A stretch of DNA of 64,000 nt from Deltaproteobacteria bacterium (GTDB lineage Bacteria > SAR324 > NAC60-12). The notes under the pieces were generated by a model. It searched no databases. It was not told the DNA's origin and saw nothing but the letters and a program-made list of their open reading frames with translations. The DNA lies in assembly GCA_038150265.1 (NCBI GenBank), contig JAYOTF010000004.1, positions 32,001 through 96,000 of the forward strand. Direction: 5' to 3'. Position numbers and translations under genes: made by a program. How positions within the stretch are numbered: the first letter of the stretch is position 1; each line of letters begins with the position of its first letter. Positions 29,393 through 39,899 of this stretch are shown here, one piece after another.

Positions 29393-30225
29393 TGTTTCCC
29401 ACCATTTTTTCCCTTGAGCTTCCCTTCCTCGGCATCACCCTGGAGCCCCGATTCTACGGGCTGTTTTATGCGATCTCCGTCCTGATTGGCTCCAAGATTG
29501 TGCTGCACGAGGTGGAGCGGCGCCGGATTCGCCTGACTGAGGATGAAGCCATGAACTGCACCCTGATCATCTTCATGGCAGGGCTGTTCGGAGGGCGGAC
29601 GTATGAGGTGGTGATGGAGTGGCCCAACTACTACGCCCATCAGGAGTGGTGGAAGGTGTTTGCCGTCTGGGAAGGCGGGCTGGCCATTCACGGGGCCATC
29701 GTCTTTGGCCCCTTGGCGCTGTTGGCCTACTGTCGCTGGAAGCGCATCTCGCTCTCAGCCATGCTCGACATTGCCACCCTTTGCATCATCCAGGGGCAGG
29801 CCATTGGCCGGTGGGGAAACTTTACCAATGGAGAAGCGGCAGGCCCCGTCACTGACGCCTGGACGGGGGTGGTCTTTCCGGAAGGAACCGTGGTGGACCG
29901 CTACGCCCAGGGGCAACCGGTGCATCCGACCATGATTTACGAGTCCCTTGCCAACGCCCTGCTGTTTGTGCTGCTGTGGCGACTCCGGCGTCAGAACTAC
30001 CGTCCGGGGATGCTTTCGGCGCTCTACCTGATCGGATACGCGGTCATCCGCTCTTCCCTGACCCCCTTCCGGATGGACAACCAGTTCCTCACCTTTGGTG
30101 ACACCGTCATCCTGGCACCGTATGGCATCAGCGCGATCATGATCCTTGCCGCGCTGCTCTGGATTCGTGGAGGCAAGCTCTGGCAACCGGACCCAACGCT
30201 GGCTGGGGCTCAGGCGTCACGCTGA
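29392..30225 (+). CDS. lgt: Prolipoprotein diacylglyceryl transferase
   Basis: RFYGL, WEGGLAIHG, QAIGRWGNFTNGE, HPTMIYE. Confidence 0.95.
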   Translation: MFPTIFSLELPFLGITLEPRFYGLFYAISVLIGSKIVLHEVERRRIRLTEDEAMNCTLIIFMAGLFGGRTYEVVMEWPNYYAHQEWWKVFAVWEGGLAIHGAIVFGPLALLAYCRWKRISLSAMLDIATLCIIQGQAIGRWGNFTNGEAAGPVTDAWTGVVFPEGTVVDRYAQGQPVHPTMIYESLANALLFVLLWRLRRQNYRPGMLSALYLIGYAVIRSSLTPFRMDNQFLTFGDTVILAPYGISAIMILAALLWIRGGKLWQPDPTLAGAQASR

Positions 30226-33053
30226 GCGGACTCAGTAAACACGGGGAGCCGAATCACGATGCGCGTTCCGGTGCCTTCCTGAGACTGGCAGTCGATGCTT
30301 CCGTGATGACTGGCGACCAGGCCATAGGCCATGGCCAGGCCGAGCCCCTGTCCCTGCCCCACGGCTTTTGTGGTGAAGAAGGGATCGAAGACCTTCGAAA
30401 GCACCGCCTCCGGAATCCCCACTCCTGTATCTTCCACCACCAGCTCCACACACGACGTCCCTGCTTTCACCCCTCCGGAAGCCGTCAGGACCCGGACGTC
30501 ACTGGTGTCCATCGAATCCAGGGCGTTCAGGATCAGGGCATGGAGCATCTGAATGAGCCGCAGGGCATCTCCTGCGACCGGAGGCAGGTCAGCCGGAAGC
30601 TCGTTCTGCACGCGGACCTGCTGCTCCGAGATGCGAGTCAGGGAAAGCGTCACGGCCTCTTCCCACAGCTCGGAGAGGGAGCAAGGCTCCAGCTCCAGCC
30701 CTCGTTCCTGTCCCAGGGAACGCAGCTGCCGAATGATGCGGGTGATGCGCTGAACCTGCTGCTGCGCCTCGTGCAGGATCTTCCGTGAAGCCTCCTCTTC
30801 CAGGTTTCCGGCTGCCAGGTCTTCTTCCAACTCGTACAGCACGCCATTGATGTAGGAGAGGGGCTGGTTGATTTCGTGGGCCATCCCGGTGCCCATCAGG
30901 GCCAGGGACGAGAGCTTGGCCGATTGCAGCAGGCGCTCCTGAGCCTGCTTGAGCTCCTGCGTCCGGGCGTCCACCAGCTGCTCGAGGTGCCGCCGGTGCT
31001 GAGTCAGCTCCTCCTCCAGCGCCTTGCGCTGAGTGATGTCTTCCTTGATGGCAATGTAGTTGATGATCTCTCCCCCGCGGTTCCGGACCGGTGTAATGGT
31101 CGCGTCTTCCCAAAACAGGGAGCCATCCTTGTGTCGGTTGCACAGCTCTCCGCGCCAGGTTGCCCCCTGCGAGATGGTTTCCCACAGGTCCCGGTAGTAC
31201 TCCTCGGTGTGCCTTCCGGAGCGCAGAGCCCGGGGGTTCTGATGAAGGACCTCCTCAGCGGTGTATCCGGAGATGGTACAGAAGTATGGGTTGACGTACT
31301 CAATGTGGCCCTCCACATCTGTGATGACCACCGAGGCCCGGCTCTGCTCAATGGCCCGGCTGAGCTTGAGCTGCTCCCGCTGGGCGTTCCGGAGGTCCGA
31401 CACGTCCTTGGCCACAATCACTGCTGCCGGAGGCTCCCGATGCTCATCGCGTCCTGCCGGCAACGGAGCCCCTGACACCAGCACCGGAATGCGCTGCCCG
31501 GTTTGGGTGAGCAGAAAATCCGTCCGCTCGAGCTGATCAAACGTGGCCCCCTGGCCAAACAGCCGGGAAATCGGGCACCCCTGCAGCTCCTCGTCTCGGT
31601 AGCCCAGAAGCCGCACGGCCGCCTGATTCCAGCGCAGGATCCGGGACTCTGCCGAGACCACAAACAGCGGGTCCGTCAACGATTCCAGGATGCGATCGAC
31701 CTGCGCTTTTTCCTCGCGCATCTGCTCCCATGCCGCCTGAAGGTTCGATGCCATCAGATTCAGCGTGGCCGCCAGCCGGTCTTCGGAAGAACGACACGGG
31801 ACCCGAAAGCTGAGGTTGCCGGCCAGCACCTGCTTGGCTTGCTGCGTCAGCAACAAGAGGCTCCGATCCAGGGTCTGGAGGGCCTCAATGATCGCCTCAA
31901 ACTCATCGGACTCCCCCTCCGGAATCTGCGGAAGCGGCTTTCCCTGAGCCACCAGCTGCGCCCACCGCACCACCTGCAGGACGCGCTTCCGGGAGCGCTG
32001 CAGCTGGTAATTTCCCGCACCGATCAGTCCCAGCCCCAAAAGCACAATGAGCCCGACGGTGCTCCACCAGAGCAGGCGTGCCTGGGTTTCCGTCTCCTGT
32101 GCCTGACGCTTCAGCTGCTGCTGCAGGGTTTCCTCCAGAGCAAGCAGTTGCTGCAAGCGCTCTTCGTTCCGGGCCAGCAGAGGCGCCAGGTCCTTGCCCT
32201 GATGCGGCTGAAAGAGGCTTTGCATGAGGTGGCTGCGCAGCTCCTGCAGCTGCGGGTCAAAGGTTGCTCGGATGCTCGCCAGCTCCTCTTGCAGGCTCAT
32301 GGGGAGAAACACCTCCAGGTTCCGGACCCATTCCTGCCGGTGCCGTGCTTCCATCCAGGCATCAAACCCGGCAGGAGCCACTGGCTGCCGATAGGTTTCA
32401 AACACCTGAAACCACAGCTGTTCCTGCTCTGCCTGATGCCGTAACATCAGGAGCGTGTGGAGGCCCAGCAGCTGGTTCTGAAAGGTATCCTTGAACAAGT
32501 GGGCAATCTGCAAACGAAGGAACTGCTGCAGCATCAGGCTCAGGTCGGCATAGGATTGTGCGGCCTCGACCAGGGACGCCTGGCGAGCCAGGGTGGCCTT
32601 CCGGAGGGGATCAAGCGCCGCGAGGTGGTTGCTGGCCACGGCATAGGCCTTCCCCACCTCCGGGAGGAGGGGCTCCAGCTCTCGCAGGTGGTGCTCCAAA
32701 CGACCTTGCGTTTCCTGAGTCGCCACTTGCCGCTGAATGTACTCCTGAGGATCTGACGCCAGAGGCACCGCCAGCCAACGCACCGCGCTCTGCTGCTCGT
32801 GCTCAACGGCATGAACCACATCGTCCGTGACCTGAACCAGCTCCGTAAAGTGAGCAAATTGCAGGCTCGTCCGCGCCAACTCTCGCTGATGCTGCATGGC
32901 CACCAATGCCCCCCCGACCCCCAGCACCACCGCGATCAGCAGCATCAGCTGCATCCGGCGAATGAGGGTTGATTGTGGGGCTGGCCAAGTCATGGTGATT
33001 TTGGAATGCAGGAAAGAACGGACCGCGTCCAGGGAGAGGGGCGATGAAGCCAT
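30210..33053 (-). CDS. Membrane sensor histidine kinase (NIT-like periplasmic domain, HAMP, PAS-PAS, HisKA/HATPase)
   Basis: Two TM helices; PAS IEYVNP..SGY..EE; AHEINQPL; DTGVGI, FDPFFTTK, GQGLGL. Confidence 0.9.
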   Translation of the reverse strand: MASSPLSLDAVRSFLHSKITMTWPAPQSTLIRRMQLMLLIAVVLGVGGALVAMQHQRELARTSLQFAHFTELVQVTDDVVHAVEHEQQSAVRWLAVPLASDPQEYIQRQVATQETQGRLEHHLRELEPLLPEVGKAYAVASNHLAALDPLRKATLARQASLVEAAQSYADLSLMLQQFLRLQIAHLFKDTFQNQLLGLHTLLMLRHQAEQEQLWFQVFETYRQPVAPAGFDAWMEARHRQEWVRNLEVFLPMSLQEELASIRATFDPQLQELRSHLMQSLFQPHQGKDLAPLLARNEERLQQLLALEETLQQQLKRQAQETETQARLLWWSTVGLIVLLGLGLIGAGNYQLQRSRKRVLQVVRWAQLVAQGKPLPQIPEGESDEFEAIIEALQTLDRSLLLLTQQAKQVLAGNLSFRVPCRSSEDRLAATLNLMASNLQAAWEQMREEKAQVDRILESLTDPLFVVSAESRILRWNQAAVRLLGYRDEELQGCPISRLFGQGATFDQLERTDFLLTQTGQRIPVLVSGAPLPAGRDEHREPPAAVIVAKDVSDLRNAQREQLKLSRAIEQSRASVVITDVEGHIEYVNPYFCTISGYTAEEVLHQNPRALRSGRHTEEYYRDLWETISQGATWRGELCNRHKDGSLFWEDATITPVRNRGGEIINYIAIKEDITQRKALEEELTQHRRHLEQLVDARTQELKQAQERLLQSAKLSSLALMGTGMAHEINQPLSYINGVLYELEEDLAAGNLEEEASRKILHEAQQQVQRITRIIRQLRSLGQERGLELEPCSLSELWEEAVTLSLTRISEQQVRVQNELPADLPPVAGDALRLIQMLHALILNALDSMDTSDVRVLTASGGVKAGTSCVELVVEDTGVGIPEAVLSKVFDPFFTTKAVGQGQGLGLAMAYGLVASHHGSIDCQSQEGTGTRIVIRLPVFTESAQRDA

Positions 33054-33190
33054 CTTCCATCCAACCGACTGCCCATTTATTGTAGGCCATCCGGACAGAA
33101 ATGCTCTACGTAGATCATGGGAGAGGAGCCGGTAATTCCTGTTGGAAACACAAGGAGATAGCTCAGCAGGACATTCGGCAGGACGGAAAC

Positions 33191-35425
33191 TTATGCCGCC
33201 GACGGCCCCGGCAGGGTGATGCGGAAGCAGGCGCCTCGGCCGTCGGGTGGAGTGAAGGCCTCAAGGGTGCCGTCGTGCTCTCGGATCAGGCGCTGGCACA
33301 TGGAGAGCCCCAGTCCGGTTCCTGTGCCCTGCTTGGTGGTGTAGAAGGGTTCAAACAGGTGGGGAAAGACGTCTTCTGGAATCCCGGAGCCATTGTCCTG
33401 TACCTCCAGGAGCACCTGAGCCTCCCGGGCGTGGAGGCGCAGAATCAGCAGCCGTTGAAAGCGCTGAGGGGCCTCGGCTTCCGCTCGCTCCGCCAGGGCC
33501 TCACAGGCATTGACAATGAGGTTTTGCAGCACCTGCAGCACCTCCTTGCCATTGACACGCAACCGTGGCTCCACCCCCGGAGTGCCCGCCCATTGGTTGT
33601 CAAAGCGCACCTCCACGTTCTGGTGCCGCAACGTCGTGTCGAGCAGCTCCAGAGTCTGGTACACAATCACTGAAAGAGGCTGCTCCCGGCGTCCACTCTG
33701 GCTGCGCGCCACATCCAGGGTCCGGGCGGCAATGGTCCGGGCATGCTCCAGTGACGCTCGCGCCGCCTTGAGGACCCGCTCGGCACGCTCCTGCTTCGCA
33801 GGGTCCAGCAGCTTCTCGAGGCTCGTCAGGCGCATCATCAGGGCGGCAATCGGTTGGTTGAGGTCGTGATTGATCTCGGCCGCAAGTTGTCCCAGGTTGG
33901 CCAGGCGCTCCTGCCGTCGCTGGAACTCGCGCTGCTGCACCTCCAGCGTGATGTCCTGTGTCACCCCAATGATGTGCCGAGCCCCCTGGCGGCTCACCTC
34001 CCGCTGATACGTCCGCATGAAGGCCCGAGGCTGATCCGGAAGGTTCAGCTTCACCTCGGAAGCTGCCTCCCCACGATCCTGAACCTCCTGACGTGCCTGA
34101 TAAAATGCCCCCAGGCTATCGGAGTGAATGCGAGTCAGCAGGTCAGCAGACGTGAGGGGGCTGGGCAGCTGCAGAAACTCCTGAAGGAATTCATCGATGT
34201 GCATCTCGTCTTCCTCCACCCGGAATTCCCAGTAGCCAATCCGGGCCCCTGCGTTGACGATCCGGCGCAGCTCCTGGTTCTGCTGAATCTGCTGCAGGTG
34301 TTGCTCACGCTCGGTGACATCCTGAATCACTCCAATCATCGACGACGCGCCATCTCTGCGCTTCACCTTCTTGATGTACGCGTCCAGCCAGCGCTCAGAC
34401 GCATCCGGAAGCAGGATTCGCAAGAGCACCAACGCTGGGGTCCCCTCAAGGGCCTGCTGATGGGCCTGCTCAAAACGCGTGAGCTGCTCCTGAAGCTGGT
34501 GAGGATGCAAGCGGCTCAAGAAGGACTCCAGCCCAGGGGCTTCTCCGGGTTGTCGCTGCAGCAGCCGGTTGGCATTTTCATCCCACCACACCTGCTCCCC
34601 ATCCTGTCCCCAAAAGGCCAGTTTGCCCAATTCCGCCGCGAGCTGGATCTGTTCCAGCTGAAGCTCCAGACGCTGACGCAGCACAACGGTTTCAGTGACC
34701 TCCTGAGCGGTTCCCCAGACCAGCTTGCCTTCAGGGCCTGAGCGCCAACTGAAGGTGCTGCGGATCACCCGCCTCTTGCCACTCGGAAGGTTCAGCTCCA
34801 ACTCCCGAGAAAGCGGCGCCTGCGCCAGGGCGGCGTCTCCCTGCTCGGCCAGTTGCTTCAGCAGCTGCGGAACCTCTTGCTGCTGTTCGGGAACCACCCG
34901 CTCCAGAAAGGTGTTTTGGTAGTGCTCGGTTTCTCTGGAAACCTCAAACAGCTCAAACATCGCTGCGTCTGCCCAAATTTGCAGCGTCTGCGGGTTCCAG
35001 TTCCAGTAGGCCAGCCCGCTGTGCTCACGGGCCACCTTCACCAGCTCTCCAGCCCACCGACCACTTGGGTGGGAGGCTTCAATCGGCTGGAGGACCGCAA
35101 ACACGGCGAGCGCCTCCTCATAGCACACGCGCCGGCACGAGCCTCGAAACGCTCCACCCGGCTGCGCTTCCTTCCGGAAGGTCAGGGTGGGCGCCTCAAC
35201 CAGCTGCGCTCCTTCCCAGGCACCAGACAGAAAATCCAGGCTGTCCGGGGTCTCCAGCCAGGAAAGCAACGGCTGCCCCAACAGGGCTTCCGGAGGCTGC
35301 TGGAGCCACGCAGCCAGCGCCTTGTTGACATACAGCAACTGCCCGTCGGCTTCCCGAAAAACGGCCACCGGCTCACTACGATGCTCATGCAGTTCCATCT
35401 GCTCCCGGTTCAGGGAAAGAGTCAT
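33191..35425 (-). CDS. Cytoplasmic multi-PAS sensor histidine kinase
   Basis: Several PAS/PAC-like repeats (GTAQEVT, GVIQDVT, GVTQDIT); NHDLNQP; NLIVNA, DNGSGI, FEPFYTTK, GTGLGL. Confidence 0.9.
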   Translation of the reverse strand: MTLSLNREQMELHEHRSEPVAVFREADGQLLYVNKALAAWLQQPPEALLGQPLLSWLETPDSLDFLSGAWEGAQLVEAPTLTFRKEAQPGGAFRGSCRRVCYEEALAVFAVLQPIEASHPSGRWAGELVKVAREHSGLAYWNWNPQTLQIWADAAMFELFEVSRETEHYQNTFLERVVPEQQQEVPQLLKQLAEQGDAALAQAPLSRELELNLPSGKRRVIRSTFSWRSGPEGKLVWGTAQEVTETVVLRQRLELQLEQIQLAAELGKLAFWGQDGEQVWWDENANRLLQRQPGEAPGLESFLSRLHPHQLQEQLTRFEQAHQQALEGTPALVLLRILLPDASERWLDAYIKKVKRRDGASSMIGVIQDVTEREQHLQQIQQNQELRRIVNAGARIGYWEFRVEEDEMHIDEFLQEFLQLPSPLTSADLLTRIHSDSLGAFYQARQEVQDRGEAASEVKLNLPDQPRAFMRTYQREVSRQGARHIIGVTQDITLEVQQREFQRRQERLANLGQLAAEINHDLNQPIAALMMRLTSLEKLLDPAKQERAERVLKAARASLEHARTIAARTLDVARSQSGRREQPLSVIVYQTLELLDTTLRHQNVEVRFDNQWAGTPGVEPRLRVNGKEVLQVLQNLIVNACEALAERAEAEAPQRFQRLLILRLHAREAQVLLEVQDNGSGIPEDVFPHLFEPFYTTKQGTGTGLGLSMCQRLIREHDGTLEAFTPPDGRGACFRITLPGPSAA

Positions 35426-35782
35426 GATCGCCTTGAGGGCATAATGAGTTTTGGACGGTCGCGGAGCAGGAAAGGAAGGAAGCGGGCCAAGGCGAATTGT
35501 GGGAAGCCTACGGAAAAACGAAACATAGGGTTACCCCCATTGCCAAGAAGTTTCAGCCTAAAAGCTCGGAAAAAAATGCATTCTCAGTGTTGGCGCAAGT
35601 GCCTGTGCGCGAGCCTCGCTTTGCGGAAGCAGCGGGCCTCCTTCCCAAGGAGACGCTCTGACGCTGCAGCAAGGGGTGTTCCACCAGACTCCGCGTTGCG
35701 GTAAGATCAAGCCTCATGCTCCGCTGCTGGCAACGCTCGGCCTCCGGAGCCGGCTCCGCTCCAGAACCCCTCAGGAGACTTC

Positions 35783-36649
35783 ATGACTCTGCAGGAACAG
35801 CTTCACCACCTCCTGGGCGAGGAACTCGTCACCGCTCAGCCGGTTTCCGGAGGATGCATTGCCGAAGCGCAGGTGCTGCACACCCGCTCCGGAAAGACGC
35901 TCTTTGCCAAGCAGGCCCGTCCGGGTCAGCCCGCAGCCATGCTGACGGCGGAAGCCGAAGGGCTCCAGGCCCTCCGGGCGTCTCAGACCGTTCGGGTGCC
36001 CCAGGTCCTTGCCGCGACCTCCCACCTGCTGGTGCTCGACTACCTGCCGACCGGACGTCCCCGGAGCGGTAGTGCCTTTGCCCTCGGGCAAGCCTTGGCC
36101 CGCCTCCATCGGTTGCCGCAAGCGACCTTTGGCTTTCCTCAGGACAACTTCCTCGGGAGCAGCCCCCAGTCCAACCAGGCGTCCGGAGCCGCCCAACGCG
36201 ACTGGCCCACGTTTTTCCGAGACCACCGCCTCCGCTTTCAGCTCAACCTGGCACGTCAGAAGGGACGGACCTCGTCAGAACTTGAAGAACGGATGGAGCA
36301 GTTGATGGCTCAGCTTCCCGACTGGCTTGCCGGAAGCGAAGAGCCCCCGGCGTTGCTGCACGGTGACCTCTGGTCGGGCAATCACCTGTTTGATGAGCAG
36401 GGAAATGGATGGTTGATTGACCCGGCCGTGTATCACGGACACCGGGAAGCCGACCTCGCCATGACGACGCTGTTCGGAGGCTTCCCCGCCGAGTTTTACC
36501 AAGGGTATGACGCCGAGTTCCCTCGACGTAAGGGGTGGGAGCAGCGGGAGCCGCTGTATCAGCTCTATCACCTCCTCAATCACCTGAATCTGTTTGGAGG
36601 AGGCTACCTGAGCTCGGTGCTGGCGATCTTGCGTCGCTTTACCCGATGA
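35783..36649 (+). CDS. Fructosamine kinase family protein
   Basis: [49 protein letters not shown]. Confidence 0.93.
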   Translation: MTLQEQLHHLLGEELVTAQPVSGGCIAEAQVLHTRSGKTLFAKQARPGQPAAMLTAEAEGLQALRASQTVRVPQVLAATSHLLVLDYLPTGRPRSGSAFALGQALARLHRLPQATFGFPQDNFLGSSPQSNQASGAAQRDWPTFFRDHRLRFQLNLARQKGRTSSELEERMEQLMAQLPDWLAGSEEPPALLHGDLWSGNHLFDEQGNGWLIDPAVYHGHREADLAMTTLFGGFPAEFYQGYDAEFPRRKGWEQREPLYQLYHLLNHLNLFGGGYLSSVLAILRRFTR

Positions 36650-37553
36650 GGCCTTCAGCGCCCCACAGCCATGCTGCGCCCCGGACGCCAGAGGAATCGC
36701 CATGAGCGGCCTTCCGGATGGGCGTGGTGAACTCGTTCCCAAAGACCCAGTTGGGAATCAGGCGCGGGAGCGCGTCATAGATCCGGGGCAAATTCGACAT
36801 CCCGCCTCCCAGGACAATCACATCCGGATCCAGCAGATTGACGGCTCCGGCCAACGCGCGGGCCAGGCGGCTCTCGTAACGCTGCAGGGAGCCCTCGGCC
36901 ACCGCGTCGCCCGACTCGGCAAGTGCCACAATCTCCGGACCTCGCCGGGCCTCTCCTGTTGTCTGCCGGTAGTCCAGCTCCAACCCTGATCCGGACACAT
37001 AGGTTTCAATGCACCCCTTGAGGCCGCAGTAGCAGTCGTTTCCGGGAAACTCCTCTGGGGTCATCCACCCCAGTGGATTGTGCCCCCACTCGCCTCCGAC
37101 AAAGTTCGGACCGGCGTGCACTGCGCCCTGCAGCGCCACTCCTCCTCCGGAACCGGTCCCCAGGATGACGGCAAACACCACCTTGAACCCGGCCCCGGCC
37201 CCGTCAACCGCCTCTGAAACCGCGAGGCAGTTGGCATCATTGGCAAAGCGCAGGGGCCGCCCCATCACCGCCTGCAGGTCCTGATCAAAGGCCCGCTGGT
37301 TGAGCCACACCGAGTTGCTGTTGCGGACCAGCCCCGTGGTAGGAGAAAACGAACCCGGCATGCCAATGCCAACGGTTCCCGTGCCACCGGCTTCCTGCTC
37401 CACGGCCTCCACCAGCTGGGCAATGTTCGCCAGCGTTCCGTCATAATCATCCCGGGGCGTCGGGACGCGCTTGCGGGCACGCTCCTGTCCGTGTTCGTCC
37501 AGGACAATGGCCTCGGTCTTGGTTCCCCCTAAATCCACGCCGACGCGCAGCAT
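36639..37553 (-). CDS. mak: ROK family fructokinase/mannokinase
   Basis: [41 protein letters not shown]. Confidence 0.9.
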   Translation of the reverse strand: MLRVGVDLGGTKTEAIVLDEHGQERARKRVPTPRDDYDGTLANIAQLVEAVEQEAGGTGTVGIGMPGSFSPTTGLVRNSNSVWLNQRAFDQDLQAVMGRPLRFANDANCLAVSEAVDGAGAGFKVVFAVILGTGSGGGVALQGAVHAGPNFVGGEWGHNPLGWMTPEEFPGNDCYCGLKGCIETYVSGSGLELDYRQTTGEARRGPEIVALAESGDAVAEGSLQRYESRLARALAGAVNLLDPDVIVLGGGMSNLPRIYDALPRLIPNWVFGNEFTTPIRKAAHGDSSGVRGAAWLWGAEGLIG

Positions 37554-37742
37554 AGTTCCTCGTCTGAGTGATGTTGATGAATGATCCGGAGCCCTGGGCT
37601 TCAGGGGTTCCCTCCTGTGCGCCCGCCTGCCTCGCCGGACGCTTTCCTGAATGGTGGCGCGACTTGCACCGCTTTGGGAAGGTCACTATAGTGAGTCTTT
37701 TGAGACTTTCCAACCCCGTAAACTGCTCACTGAAGGAAAAAC

Positions 37743-38540
37743 ATGGGAATGCCTGCAGCCACTGAAGCCCCGGAAGCCTTGGTGCTTCGTGAAGACAACG
37801 GGCGCATCGCCACCTTGACCCTGAACCGCCCCCGCCAGTACAACGCGCTCTCCGAAGAGCTGCTCGCCGCTCTGCAGCAGGAGCTGGACGCCCTGGCTCA
37901 GGATGACACGATCCGGGTGGTGGTCCTCTCTGCCAACGGAAAGGCGTTCTGTGCCGGACACGACCTCAAGCAGATGCGGAGCAAGCCGAGTCAGGAGTAC
38001 TACGAGTCGCTGTTTGCCCAGTGCAGCCGGATGATGCTCTCCATCCACAAGCTTCCGCAGCCCGTGATCGCTCGGGTGCAGGGCATTGCCACTGCGGCCG
38101 GCTGCCAACTGGTCGCCGCCTGTGACCTCGCCCTTGCCGCTGAAGAGGCTCGCTTTGCCACCTCCGGAGTCAACCTTGGGCTCTTCTGCTCCACACCAGC
38201 AGTCCCGGTGAGCCGGAACCTCTCACGCAAGAATGCCGCCCGCATGCTCCTGACCGGCGACTTCATTGATGCCGAAACCGCGGCGGCCCAGGGGCTGATC
38301 AACGAGGTGGTTCCTGCCGAGCAGCTCGATGGCGCCGTCTGGAAGCTGGCCCAGACGATTGCCGCCAAGCCTCCTGCCGCCTTGCGGATCGGCAAGGAGA
38401 TGTTCTACCGCCAACTGCAGATGCCCCTCGAGGACGCCTATAGCTATGCAGGGGAACGCATGGCCTGCAACCTGATGGATCCGGATGCGGCAGAAGGCGT
38501 GGACGCCTTCATTGAGAAGCGGCACCCCAACTGGAGCTGA
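37743..38540 (+). CDS. Enoyl-CoA hydratase family (ECHDC3-like)
   Basis: FCAGHDLK, ATAAGCQLVAACD, GLFCSTP. Confidence 0.92.
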   Translation: MGMPAATEAPEALVLREDNGRIATLTLNRPRQYNALSEELLAALQQELDALAQDDTIRVVVLSANGKAFCAGHDLKQMRSKPSQEYYESLFAQCSRMMLSIHKLPQPVIARVQGIATAAGCQLVAACDLALAAEEARFATSGVNLGLFCSTPAVPVSRNLSRKNAARMLLTGDFIDAETAAAQGLINEVVPAEQLDGAVWKLAQTIAAKPPAALRIGKEMFYRQLQMPLEDAYSYAGERMACNLMDPDAAEGVDAFIEKRHPNWS

Positions 38541-39240
38541 CGACCGGCTCACGGCGGGCGATCAGGAAACCAATCGGTGGGTCGCCCTTGGACCGGAACA
38601 GCAACTCAAACTCGGTCTCCACGTTTCCTTCGGCAAACGGGCTGTGCTGCAGCACCTCCGTGTGAGCCTCCAGCGTGTACCCTTCCAGGTCTCGGAAGGT
38701 TTCGCTGACCCAGGCAAAGTACTCCTGATGGTCCGTCTTGAAGCGGATCTCGCCCCCCGGTTTCAGGTACGGATGCAGCCGAGTCAGAAACTCCGGACTC
38801 ATCAGGCGGTTCTTGGCATGCCCTTTTTTGGGCCAGGGGTCCGGAAAGTTCACATGAAGCACATCCAGTGACTCAGGCGTCAGGTAGTCATCCAGGAACT
38901 CCCCGCGCTCCCGCAGCAGCAGCACGTTGGCCAGACCGCCTCGCTTGAGCTTGCGAGCGGCCAGGGCCAGGCGCTTGTAGCGCAGCTCCATGCCCAGAAA
39001 CAGATCCTGCGGATGCGCTTCAGCCCAGCGAATCAGGTACCGTCCGGAGCCACAGCCAATTTCCAGATGCAGGCGCTCAGGCGCATGCTCCGCCTGCCAG
39101 GCGGGAAACGCCTTTGGGTCCGGGTGCACCCAGATCCACTCCGGGTACTCATACACCTCCTTGAGGTAGGGATTGTTTTGAGTCTGCCGCAGAAACTCTT
39201 CCGGGTCCTGGGTCCGGACATCAGGAGTACGGTAACGCAT
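38509..39240 (-). CDS. trmB: tRNA (guanine-N7)-methyltransferase
   Basis: LEIGCGSG, NFPDPWPKK.H, FKTD, TEFE. Confidence 0.93.
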   Translation of the reverse strand: MRYRTPDVRTQDPEEFLRQTQNNPYLKEVYEYPEWIWVHPDPKAFPAWQAEHAPERLHLEIGCGSGRYLIRWAEAHPQDLFLGMELRYKRLALAARKLKRGGLANVLLLRERGEFLDDYLTPESLDVLHVNFPDPWPKKGHAKNRLMSPEFLTRLHPYLKPGGEIRFKTDHQEYFAWVSETFRDLEGYTLEAHTEVLQHSPFAEGNVETEFELLFRSKGDPPIGFLIARREPVVSSSWGAASQ

Positions 39241-39899
39241 TGAAGAAAAAAGAGATTACAGTTGGTTGGAAGGTCAAGCAGGTTCGCTTTCTGGAAAGTG
39301 GGGAAGTCGTGGTTGATTTTGCTGATGACGCCCCGTCAGCGCGGCTGGACTACCTGGCCTGGAGCGACCTGGCTCTGCCCCGGGAGGAAGCGATCACCTC
39401 CGAGCAGCATGCTCAGCTGGAAGCCGCCGTCTGGCGCTGGACGGTCCGGGAACGCGCGCTGGCCCTGCTGGCGTCTCGCGAACACTCACGCTGGGAGCTG
39501 CGCCAGAAGCTCCGGCAGCGCTTTGACGCCCCGGAGTTGATCGACACCTGCCTGGACGACTTGCAGGAACGCGGTTACCAGAGCGATGAACGCTTTGCCC
39601 GGAGCTTCCTGGAGTCTCGCCTGCACTCACGCGACCAGGGGCCCTTCCGGCTGGTCGGGGAGCTGCAGCAGCGTGGCATCTCCCGGGAACTGGCGGAGCG
39701 CCTGCTTGGCCAGCACCAGAGCCCGTCCCTGTGGCTCGAAAAAGCCCGCCGCGCGCGGGACAAGGCCCTCAAGCGTCTGAAGCCCGGACAGCCTCAGCAC
39801 AACCTCTGGAACAAGCTCTACCAGCAGGGCTTCTCCCGTGACATCATTGAGCAGGTCATGGGCGAGCTTCCGGATGACGCGGACGCGCGCTTTTCCTAA
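39240..39899 (+). CDS. recX: Regulatory protein RecX (start uncertain)
   Basis: ALALLASREHSRWELRQKL, YQSDERFA, GPFRLVGELQQRGI, LYQQGF. Confidence 0.88.
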   Translation: MKKKEITVGWKVKQVRFLESGEVVVDFADDAPSARLDYLAWSDLALPREEAITSEQHAQLEAAVWRWTVRERALALLASREHSRWELRQKLRQRFDAPELIDTCLDDLQERGYQSDERFARSFLESRLHSRDQGPFRLVGELQQRGISRELAERLLGQHQSPSLWLEKARRARDKALKRLKPGQPQHNLWNKLYQQGFSRDIIEQVMGELPDDADARFS

